The notes under the pieces were generated by a model that was not told the origin of the DNA, did no database searches, and saw only the letters and a program-made list of their open reading frames with translations. A stretch of 64,000 nt of DNA, taken from assembly GCA_023244895.1 (NCBI GenBank), contig JAHFLL010000001.1:745802-809801 (forward strand). The letters are read 5' to 3'. The stretch is from Candidatus Liptonbacteria bacterium. GTDB lineage: Bacteria > Patescibacteriota > Minisyncoccia > UBA6257 > 2-01-FULL-56-20. Numbering within the stretch: the first letter of the stretch is position 1; every line of letters starts with the position of its first letter. Positions 48,842 to 57,848 of the stretch are shown here, in pieces. The position numbers were made by a program, and so were the translations under genes.

Positions 48842-51370
48842 TTATTCTCCGACAAAATCGAAATTCTCATCCCGATATACCAGTCGAACCGCGCTACCTT
48901 TTTTTATTTCCTGTCCCAGAATATGTTGAGCCAAGGTGGCGCGCACCTTCTCTTCTATTACCCTGCGCAACGGGCGGGCGCCGAAGGCTGGGTCATAGCC
49001 CAGTTTAGCAATCTGATCCACGGCCGACTTATCAAAGGAAAGGGATATGCCCTGGTCCTCTACCATCTTAGCTAACGCATTAAGATTTATCTCCGCCACC
49101 TGGCGAACCTCGCCTGGTTTCAAGTCGTGGAAAATGACTATTTTAGAAAAACGGTTCAATAACTCCGGCTTAAACACATCTACTAATCTTTGTTTCAGAT
49201 ACTCGCCTATCTGATGCATGGTCTGACCGGCACGCATCGCTTCGTTGATTATGTCGGAGTGCGCATTGGAAGTGGCAATAATGATGGTGTTAGAGAAGTC
49301 TACCGTGCGCCCGAGATTATCGGTCAACCGGCCATCATCCAGCACCTGCAAGAAAAGATTCAAAATATCTGGAAACGCTTTTTCAAATTCATCCAGGAGT
49401 ATCAGGGCATAGGGTTTTTTGAGTATCGCATCCGTAAGAGCACCGGAGGTAGCCCCGTCTGGAGAACCGATAAAACGATAGAAGCTTTGCTTGTCCTGGT
49501 ATTCCGTCATATCAAAACGCACCATCGCTTCTTTGGAGCCAAATTGTATTTCGGACAAAATCTTAGACAGCTCGGTCTTGCCGACTCCGGTTGGGCCCAC
49601 AAACAAGAAACTGGCGATCGGCCCACCCGGACGAGTAAGTCCGCTTCGATATTCTCGTAGAGCGTCCGCAACCGACTTAACCGCTTCCTCCTGCCCTATT
49701 AAGCGCTTATGGATTATTTCTTCTAGTTGAAGTAGTTGTTTCGCCTCCTCCTCCCCGGCCGCATGGATAGGCACATTAACCCTCTGCTCTGTGACCGCGA
49801 TAACCTGCTCCGGCCCAAGCCTCTTCTCTCCTTTCTCTAAAACGTAAGTCAGGGCGCTTTTCAAAAGATCTTCCGCGCTGGCAGGTAACATCTTTTCCCG
49901 AAAGTGACGCTTTGCCAATTGTACCGCCATCTTAATTGCTCCAAAACTGATATTAACTTTGTGCTTACCCTCCAATAAGACTGCTTCATAAGTCAAAACT
50001 CTCTGGGCGTCTCGTTCGCTTAACTCATTTATGCGTATTACTTCAAACGCGCTCGTGAAGTCGCTGCGCGGCTCTATCATCTGCTTATATTCTCTGGGGT
50101 AAGTACTGCCCACGATTGGGAACGCGTCATTCTCAATAACGGGGATAAGTGCGTCTGCGGCGGAAAGGAAGGCCTGCCCGGAGGTGTGCACTAAATTATG
50201 GATATCGGGGATATAGAGGATTATATTCCCGGCAGTCATTATCTCTTCCACTATCTCTCCAATTCGCTTCTGGACCTCTTCCGGCGCAGCACCCGAGACC
50301 ATATCCGCGATACTTAATTGCACTAAACGCTTATCAAAAAGAGGAGGCGGGACGCGATCTTTAACTAACTGCGCCGCCAAGTGTTCCACAATGGTGTTTT
50401 TTCCGGAACCATTTTCCCCCACTAGAATCACATTCGGCTTACTAATGCGCGCCAATGTTTCGGCCAAGCGCTCGTATTCCTCGCTGTGTCCTATTAAAAA
50501 TCCTACACTGCCCTCTCGGGCTTCGTCGGTCAGATCTCTCGCCAAAGAATCTAAACGCGGGGTGGGTCGGCTGGTCCAGGCCCGATTCATAATACGATGA
50601 CGCAAACCCTTTTCCCCTCCCAGAATTATGGCGTTTAAGACCTGGGGTAGTCGCGATCGCTTGCCAAATTGGCGAACAGCGGCGGAAAAAGACATGGCCT
50701 GCACGATGTCCCCAGAATCAAGCGAAAAGGTCGCGAAGGCGCGCCGAACGCTTTCATCTTCAATCTCCACCAGGCTCGCGAAGATATCCGTCACCTCCAC
50801 AAATCTCTCACGATTTTCCATGGCCTTATCAACCGCGTGACGGACCATCAATTCAATCCGGGCGTAGGTTGCCTCCTTGTTGTCCGTGGCAAAACTTTTA
50901 TCCGTTGCTAATAGCTCCTCTATCTTGTGCCGGAACTCCTCCTTTTTTATATCTAATCTATCTAAGCCCAAGCCCACCTGCTCGGATTTGCGCACTAGAT
51001 GTAAGACCATTTCTAAAAACACGTTGGTCTTTTTAATAAGCGCGTGGTCGTAAACATGCTCCAGCGCGGCGTAGGAATGAGGGCAAAGATAGTGGGCCAG
51101 ATTAACTCGCCCCTCGCTCGGCATTTCCATTAGATGACGTTGGGCTTCCCCGCGGTGCCTATACCAATCCCATAGAAAGAGCAGTAAAAGTATGCCAATT
51201 GCCCAAAGCTGGGGCATGTCCGAAAAAAGAGCGGTGACCGCGAGCGCGCCTAAGAGAGTAAAGAAGGTTGGGCCAACCACGCGCACCAAAAACCGCCCAC
51301 CCAGCGTCATACGCAAGCGCGGTTCGTCAAAAAAATATTCTCTTTTATTGGAAGAAAATACTTGAGCCAT
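48842..51370 (-). CDS. ClpA/B/C-family AAA+ ATPase with N-terminal TM helices
   Basis: GENGSGKN (D1), GPTGVGKTEL, LLDEFEK, GARPLRR (D2). Confidence 0.92.
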   Translation of the reverse strand: MAQVFSSNKREYFFDEPRLRMTLGGRFLVRVVGPTFFTLLGALAVTALFSDMPQLWAIGILLLLFLWDWYRHRGEAQRHLMEMPSEGRVNLAHYLCPHSYAALEHVYDHALIKKTNVFLEMVLHLVRKSEQVGLGLDRLDIKKEEFRHKIEELLATDKSFATDNKEATYARIELMVRHAVDKAMENRERFVEVTDIFASLVEIEDESVRRAFATFSLDSGDIVQAMSFSAAVRQFGKRSRLPQVLNAIILGGEKGLRHRIMNRAWTSRPTPRLDSLARDLTDEAREGSVGFLIGHSEEYERLAETLARISKPNVILVGENGSGKNTIVEHLAAQLVKDRVPPPLFDKRLVQLSIADMVSGAAPEEVQKRIGEIVEEIMTAGNIILYIPDIHNLVHTSGQAFLSAADALIPVIENDAFPIVGSTYPREYKQMIEPRSDFTSAFEVIRINELSERDAQRVLTYEAVLLEGKHKVNISFGAIKMAVQLAKRHFREKMLPASAEDLLKSALTYVLEKGEKRLGPEQVIAVTEQRVNVPIHAAGEEEAKQLLQLEEIIHKRLIGQEEAVKSVADALREYRSGLTRPGGPIASFLFVGPTGVGKTELSKILSEIQFGSKEAMVRFDMTEYQDKQSFYRFIGSPDGATSGALTDAILKKPYALILLDEFEKAFPDILNLFLQVLDDGRLTDNLGRTVDFSNTIIIATSNAHSDIINEAMRAGQTMHQIGEYLKQRLVDVFKPELLNRFSKIVIFHDLKPGEVRQVAEINLNALAKMVEDQGISLSFDKSAVDQIAKLGYDPAFGARPLRRVIEEKVRATLAQHILGQEIKKGSAVRLVYRDENFDFVGE

Positions 51371-51698
51371 ATATTAATAAAACCGGAGGTAATAATATCC
51401 AGAATAGGTAAATAGCCAAAAAGACGACTCCGCTTATAAGATAGAAAATGCCGCCAATCAGCACGCGCAGGGAGCGGAAAACCACCCCTAAGATACGCCC
51501 GATTATAGAGTAGTCTTTGTAGAGCGGTTGAAAGAAGTGTTTAAGGGTAACTCTAAGCGCAAAAGTCCGGTCACGCTCCTCCAAAAAATCTATAAACTTA
51601 TGCGAGAACCAGATGGAGCCATCCATGTACCAATGGTGGTAGAAATCAAAAGCCCGCTCAATGGCCCGGTAGGCGATATAGACCGGCGCGAAGTTCAT
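51345..51698 (-). CDS. Small membrane protein upstream of the Clp ATPase (start revised to ATG 51698)
   Basis: FFQPLYKDYSIIGRILGVVFR then a TM segment; TATAAT just upstream. Confidence 0.75.
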   Translation of the reverse strand: MNFAPVYIAYRAIERAFDFYHHWYMDGSIWFSHKFIDFLEERDRTFALRVTLKHFFQPLYKDYSIIGRILGVVFRSLRVLIGGIFYLISGVVFLAIYLFWILLPPVLLIYGSSIFFQ

Positions 51699-51713
51699 GG
51701 ATACATTATACAA

Positions 51714-51848
51714 AAGCAACCCGAATACTACGAATTACATCCTAATTATCCAAAAATGATTTGGGTCATTTGGATGCGATTCGAAACATTCGGGTCGCTA
51801 ACCTTTATTCGGATCATTCGGGTGTGATTATAAATATTCGGGTCGCTA
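51714..51848. repeat. Three copies of the AGCGACCCGAAT-type unit (one direct, two inverted)
   Basis: AGCAACCCGAATACTACGAATTAC..; two units ending ATTCGGGTCGCTA. Confidence 0.75.
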
Positions 51849-52469
51849 TTAAAAGAGTCCCTTCTGCACCGGTTTATAAACTGCCGAACTTTTCTTGAGG
51901 GGACGTTCCGCAAGAAGCTTATCCGCTTGAGCGACTACCTTGGGTAGCTTTTTGAAATTATCCTGAAACTCCTTCATGTAGGCTGGATTGCGTAAGGCCA
52001 CCGCGGGATGGAACATGGGCACAATGAGGTGCCGAGTAGAGCGAAAAACCTTGCCCTGGTCGCGGGTAATCTTAGCCTCTGGTAAAAAATAATTCATAGA
52101 GAACCTGCCCAAAGGCACAATTACCCTAGGATTAATAATTTCTATCTGCCTCTCAAGATACGGCTTATATGCCTCAATCTCATCCGGCAGGGGGTCGCGG
52201 TTGTCGGGCGGTCTGCGCTTTACGATATTAGTAATATAAACCTCCTCCTCTTTCCAGCCCACCTCCCGAATATTCTTGCGCAATAGCTGGCCGGAACGGC
52301 CCACAAAAGGACGCACCAGCTGATCTTCCATCTGACCCGGCGCCTCTCCAATAAAAAGAACTCCTCCGTCCGGGTCGCCCTCGCCAAAGACCAGATTAGT
52401 CGTGAGCGGCAGGGATCTATCCGCCAACATCTCGTCCTTCAATTCCTGGAGTCCTGTCGCCTTGTCCAT
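51849..52469 (-). CDS. Uracil-DNA glycosylase family 4
   Basis: GEAPG, PFVGRSG, TNIVKRRPP, FHPA. Confidence 0.93.
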   Translation of the reverse strand: MDKATGLQELKDEMLADRSLPLTTNLVFGEGDPDGGVLFIGEAPGQMEDQLVRPFVGRSGQLLRKNIREVGWKEEEVYITNIVKRRPPDNRDPLPDEIEAYKPYLERQIEIINPRVIVPLGRFSMNYFLPEAKITRDQGKVFRSTRHLIVPMFHPAVALRNPAYMKEFQDNFKKLPKVVAQADKLLAERPLKKSSAVYKPVQKGLF

Positions 52470-52541
52470 AAGTTAATAACTTAGAATTTAAGAGGGTGTC
52501 AATTAAATATTTGGCCGCCCAAGCTAAAAAAACAAGAATGT

Positions 52542-52823
52542 CTAGCCCCAACCCACAAAAAGACCTAGGGCCCACAAAACCATGGCTAAAAACAATAGTA
52601 TAGCCAACATGGAAGATGCCTTTGAAAAAGAGCGCGGCTTTTCTATGTTCGCACTATCTTTCATGCCCAGAATCGCGAATATTGGTGTGGCGACAAAAAG
52701 AACCCAACATGAGGTAATTACTAAACTATTACTAAACGCCACATTAAAAGATAGGCAGACCACAACATAAAGCGCAGAAAGCAGTGCGATCAAGGAGTAA
52801 AAATTCATACTCAAATCATACAA
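52542..52823 (-). CDS. Hypothetical membrane protein
   Basis: Three hydrophobic segments. Confidence 0.5.
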   Translation of the reverse strand: MYDLSMNFYSLIALLSALYVVVCLSFNVAFSNSLVITSCWVLFVATPIFAILGMKDSANIEKPRSFSKASSMLAILLFLAMVLWALGLFVGWG

Positions 52824-52844
52824 CCAGGACCTTCTTTGTCAAAA

Positions 52845-53396
52845 TCAAATCGAACGGGCGATTAACCCAATAATTAGTATGCCCAAAGAATTTAGCGCGA
52901 AAGAAAGCGGGGCGAAATACTTGTTGGGCATCTTGGTCGCGCCCCAAATAGCGAGTCCAACCTCATCCGGCAAGGGAGAGGCGATAATAATAGCTCCCAG
53001 CAACGGGAATATCCAGCGGAATATCTTAAGGTGGAATATGTGGGACCAACGTTCCCGCTCTGGTTTATTAAACAACGCGAAGAGCGCCTCCGAGATATCG
53101 TCTCGAAAGAATCGGAAGATTAAAAAGTCTCCTAGAAGCGCGCCTAATCCTCCAAAAAGCGCCGTCCAAAAAATGGAATATTCTTGAGCTATCTCGCCCA
53201 GCGCTATAGTCGCGGGAATAGTTGTAAAGATGGAGGAGAAAAACATGCCTCCCAGGAAGCTCGCTATCATTTTGGCTTCGGAGGCAAGACCTAAAATATA
53301 CACGACCGCCTGAGTTTTAATCAGAACAAACCCCACTAAGATGCTGATAAAAATGATTACCAAGTCCCAGGCCAGTCGATTTTTCTCGAAGTTCAT
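52845..53396 (-). CDS. Hypothetical membrane protein
   Basis: Multi-TM, ALLGDFLIFRF, IASPLPDEVGL. Confidence 0.75.
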   Translation of the reverse strand: MNFEKNRLAWDLVIIFISILVGFVLIKTQAVVYILGLASEAKMIASFLGGMFFSSIFTTIPATIALGEIAQEYSIFWTALFGGLGALLGDFLIFRFFRDDISEALFALFNKPERERWSHIFHLKIFRWIFPLLGAIIIASPLPDEVGLAIWGATKMPNKYFAPLSFALNSLGILIIGLIARSI

Positions 53397-53481
53397 GATT
53401 ATGAGTATAGCAAAACCCCAGTTCGTGCGCCCACGAGGAACAACTCGACCGTGTTCACCACAAATTAAACCTCATACTCAG

Positions 53482-53665
53482 TGCTCCCGACAGGAATTGA
53501 ACCTGTATCGCCTCCCCCGCCCCGCACCTTTTGCCTACGTGCCCCCGGTTGGAATCGAACCAGCATTTCCTCCTTCGGAGGGAGATGTCCTATCCATTGA
53601 ACGACGAGGGCTTTATAAGGTGCGGGGTGAAGAGGGAGATGTCCTATCCGTTGAACGACGAGAGC
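53482..53665 (-). other. Outer tRNA-Arg interrupted in its anticodon by a 112-nt insert (53520-53631)
   Basis: 5' half GCTCTCG..TCTCC-CTC; 3' half CGGG-GGAGG-CGAT-ACAGGTTCAATTCCTGT-CGGGAGC-A. Confidence 0.85.
53540..53611 (-). tRNA. tRNA-Arg(CCG), nested inside the outer tRNA
   Basis: GCCCTCG/CGGGGGC acceptor, TCTCC-CTCCGAA-GGAGG, GCTGGTTCGATTCCAAC (one T-stem mismatch). Confidence 0.9.
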
Positions 53666-53675
53666 TTTTACGCGC

Positions 53676-54791
53676 TTATCCTAATACAAAAACCCAGATT
53701 TCGTAAATCGCGGCTAGGATGAAAATATAAATTAGAGCATTGATTAAATTTCTCTGCCAACCATGGGGATGAAGTATTCTTTTGCTAACCCACAGGATTA
53801 GGACATATTCCAGACCCAAAAACACTCCTCCCACCAGTCCGATTACGCTTATAAAATTATCCAAGCCTAACAGCATCAGAAGCGGGGGCATACCAAAAAC
53901 CAGAACAGAAGACCACCACCTAGACCAGCCCAAATCCTTTTCCGCGGACTTCTTTATCTCCAGCCCCGTCGGCACATAAGAAGTCCATATCGCGAAAAAG
54001 GCCAATAGCATTACTAGCACCACGCCCAAGACTGGCCAACCCGTAAGACCGCTTAAAGTATCCGGGGTTACAACTGGCACGGAAATTAAGATCCCGATCA
54101 CAAAAGAGATATAAACCAAAACCGAGAGAAGCGTGCCTTTGTTTAGACCGGAAATAGATTCCTTAAGAGACAAGCCCCGACTCCTGGCGTATTCATAAAC
54201 GGGTTCCACTGCGGTCCAACCCGCCAGCGCGAAAAGAATCGGTCCGAATGGCAGAAGGATATTCTTCCAATTAAAGGCTGGATATGTCTTGGGTGAAACA
54301 GAGGGATTGATTATACCGAAAGCCATAAGACCCAAAACCGCGCACATAATAATCAGGGTGCCGAGCGACTCGGAAAGCATCATCTGGCCAGTTTTAAATT
54401 CAATTATAATCGTGGTGACTATCCAAAAAATCAGGAGCGCCCAAATCTCTAAACCAGGAAATGCGAGCGCTGCCAAATTTCTAACTAAGATAAGATAGGC
54501 GACCAGGGTAAGCGTCAAGCCGCCCAAAATAACCAATAAGCTCGTAAATCTCAGGGCTGGGCCGCCATGTTCTTCCGCCAGACCCAATAGACGATGTTTA
54601 CCATAGGACTCTTTAACCGTGCGCAGATATAGCCCGTGAACGTATGCCACCAGCAGGGACAAGACAATCAGATAGAAACCAGACACCAACCACCCCGAAG
54701 TAGTAAAAAGATATGGCAAGCCAAATATGCCCGCCCCTATTGTGGTGGCAGCCATAGTGCCGGCGATGGAAAGACTTTTTTTATCCAACAT
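53676..54791 (-). CDS. Aromatic amino acid permease family transporter
   Basis: TTIGAGIFGLPY, PFGPILFA, WTSY, multi-TM. Confidence 0.85.
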   Translation of the reverse strand: MLDKKSLSIAGTMAATTIGAGIFGLPYLFTTSGWLVSGFYLIVLSLLVAYVHGLYLRTVKESYGKHRLLGLAEEHGGPALRFTSLLVILGGLTLTLVAYLILVRNLAALAFPGLEIWALLIFWIVTTIIIEFKTGQMMLSESLGTLIIMCAVLGLMAFGIINPSVSPKTYPAFNWKNILLPFGPILFALAGWTAVEPVYEYARSRGLSLKESISGLNKGTLLSVLVYISFVIGILISVPVVTPDTLSGLTGWPVLGVVLVMLLAFFAIWTSYVPTGLEIKKSAEKDLGWSRWWSSVLVFGMPPLLMLLGLDNFISVIGLVGGVFLGLEYVLILWVSKRILHPHGWQRNLINALIYIFILAAIYEIWVFVLG

Positions 54792-54803
54792 CTATCTTCA
54801 AAC

Positions 54804-55190
54804 TTATTTTGCCAAGTAAACTAAATCTCCTTCTCGCACCTTCTTCTTAACCTTAAGACCTATCTCCTTACCCTTAGGCGCCAGCTTAATTGGTTTGTGA
54901 TCATACTGCATAGAAACAATTTTATCCTCAAATTTAGTGGTGGCGCCTTCAAAGCGTAATTTTGCGCCGACTCTTACCGGCTGTCTAAATTTTATAATCG
55001 CGACCCGAATATTCCCGTAAAAATGAGTTACCGTTCCAAGTGGTTTATTTGGCTTGATCTTAGGAGTCGTCTTTTTGGCAGTAACTTTTCTGGCAATTTT
55101 CTTAACCGTTTTCTTAACCGATTTTTTTACGGTCTTCTTTGTCTTTTTCTTACCTGTTGTTTTCTTGGGCATAGTGGTGAGCTTTATCAT
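54804..55190 (-). CDS. Protein with Lys-rich N-terminus and U32-C/EF-Tu-like beta-barrel
   Basis: LGTVTHFY..VAII..SMQYDH..IGLKVKKKVREGD. Confidence 0.75.
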   Translation of the reverse strand: MIKLTTMPKKTTGKKKTKKTVKKSVKKTVKKIARKVTAKKTTPKIKPNKPLGTVTHFYGNIRVAIIKFRQPVRVGAKLRFEGATTKFEDKIVSMQYDHKPIKLAPKGKEIGLKVKKKVREGDLVYLAK

Positions 55191-55866
55191 AAAACTCGTC
55201 TCTTATTTTGGCCTTTTTTATTATTTTCATCGCCTCTTCGGCGGTATTCACGATGGTATATATCTTAGTATCAGAAGGATCTATGTACCCCAACTTATCG
55301 CACAGAACCTCTTCCATCCAGGATATAAACGGACGCCAATGACTTTCGCCCAATAGAATAACCGGGATTGGCTCTATCTCCTTAGTTTGTATCAGAGTGA
55401 TTATCTCAAAGAACTCATCCAGGGTTCCGAAGCCGCCCGGCAAATAAACATACGCCTCGGCGGAATATGTCAGCATCAGTTTGCGCGTGAAGAAATAGTG
55501 AAACTCGCGCGACTTTTTCACATAGCCGTTTACTCTCTGTTCTTGAGGTAGCTCAATATTCAGACCCACCGACTCGCCACCGGATTCATAAGCACCCCTA
55601 TTGGCTGCCGCCATCGCTCCTGGCCCTCCCCCCGTCACAACCGTGATACCCTCTTTAGCTAAGAGTCGGCCTAGCTTGCGAGCCTCCTCATACCAGGGAT
55701 CGCCCTCCGCGGTGCGGGTAGAACCAAAAACACTAACCGATTTTTGGAAATCCGCCACAAACTCCCAACCCATAGCGAACTCCGACATAACTCGGAACAT
55801 GCGCCACGACATGGACGAACGGAAGTCTTTAAAATCATTATGCCCCTTAGGCTTGTTGTTAAACAT
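55150..55866 (-). CDS. LOG family protein (start revised to ATG 55866)
   Basis: VFGSTR, TGGGPGAM, PGGFGTLDE. Confidence 0.92.
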   Translation of the reverse strand: MFNNKPKGHNDFKDFRSSMSWRMFRVMSEFAMGWEFVADFQKSVSVFGSTRTAEGDPWYEEARKLGRLLAKEGITVVTGGGPGAMAAANRGAYESGGESVGLNIELPQEQRVNGYVKKSREFHYFFTRKLMLTYSAEAYVYLPGGFGTLDEFFEIITLIQTKEIEPIPVILLGESHWRPFISWMEEVLCDKLGYIDPSDTKIYTIVNTAEEAMKIIKKAKIRDEFYDKAHHYAQENNR

Positions 55867-55873
55867 AATAAAA

Positions 55874-57211
55874 TTATAGCACAACCGATTCGCCTGATTT
55901 TGGCACCACAGTCTCAAGTTGCAGGTCTGATTTTATTTTGCCTGCCAGAACCATAGAAGACTCTTCTTCGCCCTGCACCACAAATACCTTTTTTACCGAA
56001 CTACGCATATGGCCCAACCATTCTAAGAGACGAGGCTGGTCGGCGTGGGCGGAATAGGCCGAAATACTCCTTTTCTCGCAACGTACCGGAACGTCTTCTC
56101 CATGTATCCTAACCTCTTGCGCACCATCTATTATTCTCCTGCCTAAAGTGTTTTTGGCTTGATAGCCCACAAACAAAATCATACTGTTCGGATCGGGCAG
56201 GTAGCGTATCTCGTGATGCAATATCCGTCCGCCGTTCGACATGCCCGACCCGGCAATAATTATTTTAGGGTTAGGCACGTGGTTTATTTCTTTGGACTGC
56301 TCGGTAGTGAGGGTCATGTGCAGTCCCGGAAAGTTAAAGATATCGTCTCCGGACTTTATGATCTCATTGTCAAAATAGTCCTCAAACTTTTTGTACACCT
56401 CCGTTAATTTTATGGCTAAGGGGCTGTCTATATAGACCGGCACGTGCGGTATTTTTTTGCTCTCCACTAAACGATTGATATGAAAAAGAAGGTCCTGAGT
56501 GCGCTCCATCGCGAAAGCAGGAATAATAAGCGCGCCACCCGTCTTTATAACCCTCTCAATCGCCCCCTCCAACTCCTGCTCCCTACGCTCGGTTGGCTCA
56601 TGGACGCGGTCACCATAAGTGGACTCTATTAAAACAAAGTCTGCCGAGGCGAGCATTTCCGTGTCCTGAATTATCGGGGCGGGAAAGTTGCCGAGGTCGC
56701 CGGAGAAAACAATGCTTTTGCCCTCCGCTTCTATTCTGTAACACGCCGAACCAAGAATGTGCCCGGCATTATAGGGCGTAACTTTGACATCGCCAATGCC
56801 GGTTGTCTCGTGATATTTAATATTGTGCCAAACCGACATCGCACCCTCCACATCAGCAGTTTCATATAAACTCGGGTAGCCCTCCTGCGCCGCTTCTTTT
56901 TGAAGAACATGCTCAGAATCCAATAGGAGATATTCACTGGAGTCCTTGGTGGGCGCGGTGGAATATATTTTTCCCCGAAAACCGTCCTTCCAAAGTTTGG
57001 GGATACGACCGGTGTGGTCAATATGGGCGTGAGTTACGAAAAGAGCGTCTATCTCGGTTGGGTCATAGGGAAATGGCTCAAAATTTTGGAGTTCCGCAAA
57101 TCTGCTACCCTGGGCCATTCCGCAATCTATTAATATTTTTTTACCACCCGCCTCCAATAAATAGTTCGCGCCCGTCACTTCTCCCGCTCCTCCGCAAAAA
57201 GTTAATTTCAT
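55874..57211 (-). CDS. Beta-CASP metallo-beta-lactamase ribonuclease
   Basis: THAHIDHTG, AGHILGS, ESTYG, SAHAD. Confidence 0.93.
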   Translation of the reverse strand: MKLTFCGGAGEVTGANYLLEAGGKKILIDCGMAQGSRFAELQNFEPFPYDPTEIDALFVTHAHIDHTGRIPKLWKDGFRGKIYSTAPTKDSSEYLLLDSEHVLQKEAAQEGYPSLYETADVEGAMSVWHNIKYHETTGIGDVKVTPYNAGHILGSACYRIEAEGKSIVFSGDLGNFPAPIIQDTEMLASADFVLIESTYGDRVHEPTERREQELEGAIERVIKTGGALIIPAFAMERTQDLLFHINRLVESKKIPHVPVYIDSPLAIKLTEVYKKFEDYFDNEIIKSGDDIFNFPGLHMTLTTEQSKEINHVPNPKIIIAGSGMSNGGRILHHEIRYLPDPNSMILFVGYQAKNTLGRRIIDGAQEVRIHGEDVPVRCEKRSISAYSAHADQPRLLEWLGHMRSSVKKVFVVQGEEESSMVLAGKIKSDLQLETVVPKSGESVVL

Positions 57212-57322
57212 TCATTTGATTATAACAGTAAGCGGACAAAGCAGAAATGATTGACACAAAACAATTTTTGACGCATAAAAAAGATAGCAATTCGGCAACG
57301 GCCTTTCTTTTGGGGGGTAGGC

Positions 57323-57616
57323 ATGAATGGACTGGTACTTCACTCTAAAGTCGTGCGCCACCCCAAATCCGACCGGATAACGGGGGTGGAGGTAAGCGAC
57401 GGAGAGACGACGCTCTGTTTCTATCGTCGCATAAAACCGGACCCGAACAAGTTACCGGTAGTGTGCGGTTCGCCCCCAGACGCGCCCTGGCAAGAATCAC
57501 GAAAGAGACTTCCCGGCTGGCAGTTCTATGCCTTTGCGGAAGAGGCGATGAAGCGGTTCGGCATTGAACCGCCCCATGGATATACCGGACGACAGAGAGG
57601 CAGGAGGTGGAGATGA
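57323..57616 (+). CDS. Hypothetical protein (GC-rich cassette)
   Basis: SD GGGGGGT; ATGA overlap with the next gene. Confidence 0.55.
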   Translation: MNGLVLHSKVVRHPKSDRITGVEVSDGETTLCFYRRIKPDPNKLPVVCGSPPDAPWQESRKRLPGWQFYAFAEEAMKRFGIEPPHGYTGRQRGRRWR

Positions 57617-57816
57617 TTCCGAAGGCCACGCCCGTGAACATCGCTATGCTCGGCTGGATACTTTCGGGCGTGGGCTGTCTGACGACCGCGGTTTGCGCCT
57701 ACTCCCAAGACCGCGCTCTCCAGGACAGGGCGAACGCGCTCATCCTCTTCGGACTGGCCCTGGTCGCGACGGCCATTTTCCGAGCGTTTAAGCAGGGCAA
57801 GACAAAGCGAGAATAA
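57613..57816 (+). CDS. Small 2-TM hypothetical protein (GC-rich cassette)
   Basis: SD GGAGGTGG; hairpin GGACGGACCAG..CTGGTCCGTCC right after the stop. Confidence 0.55.
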   Translation: MIPKATPVNIAMLGWILSGVGCLTTAVCAYSQDRALQDRANALILFGLALVATAIFRAFKQGKTKRE

Positions 57817-57848
57817 GGACGGACCAGAGCTGGTCCGTCCTTCGCACA

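Noticed and set aside
51714-51848. CRISPR array
   Set aside because: Repeats are degenerate, mixed in orientation, lack unique spacers and have no cas genes nearby
53520-53631. Group I intron in the tRNA anticodon
   Set aside because: The insert is only 112 nt, 72 of them tRNA, leaving no room for a catalytic core despite the terminal G
53341-53722. Two + strand ORFs, one with duplicated REMSYPLNDE
   Set aside because: Antisense reading of the two similar tRNA 5' halves
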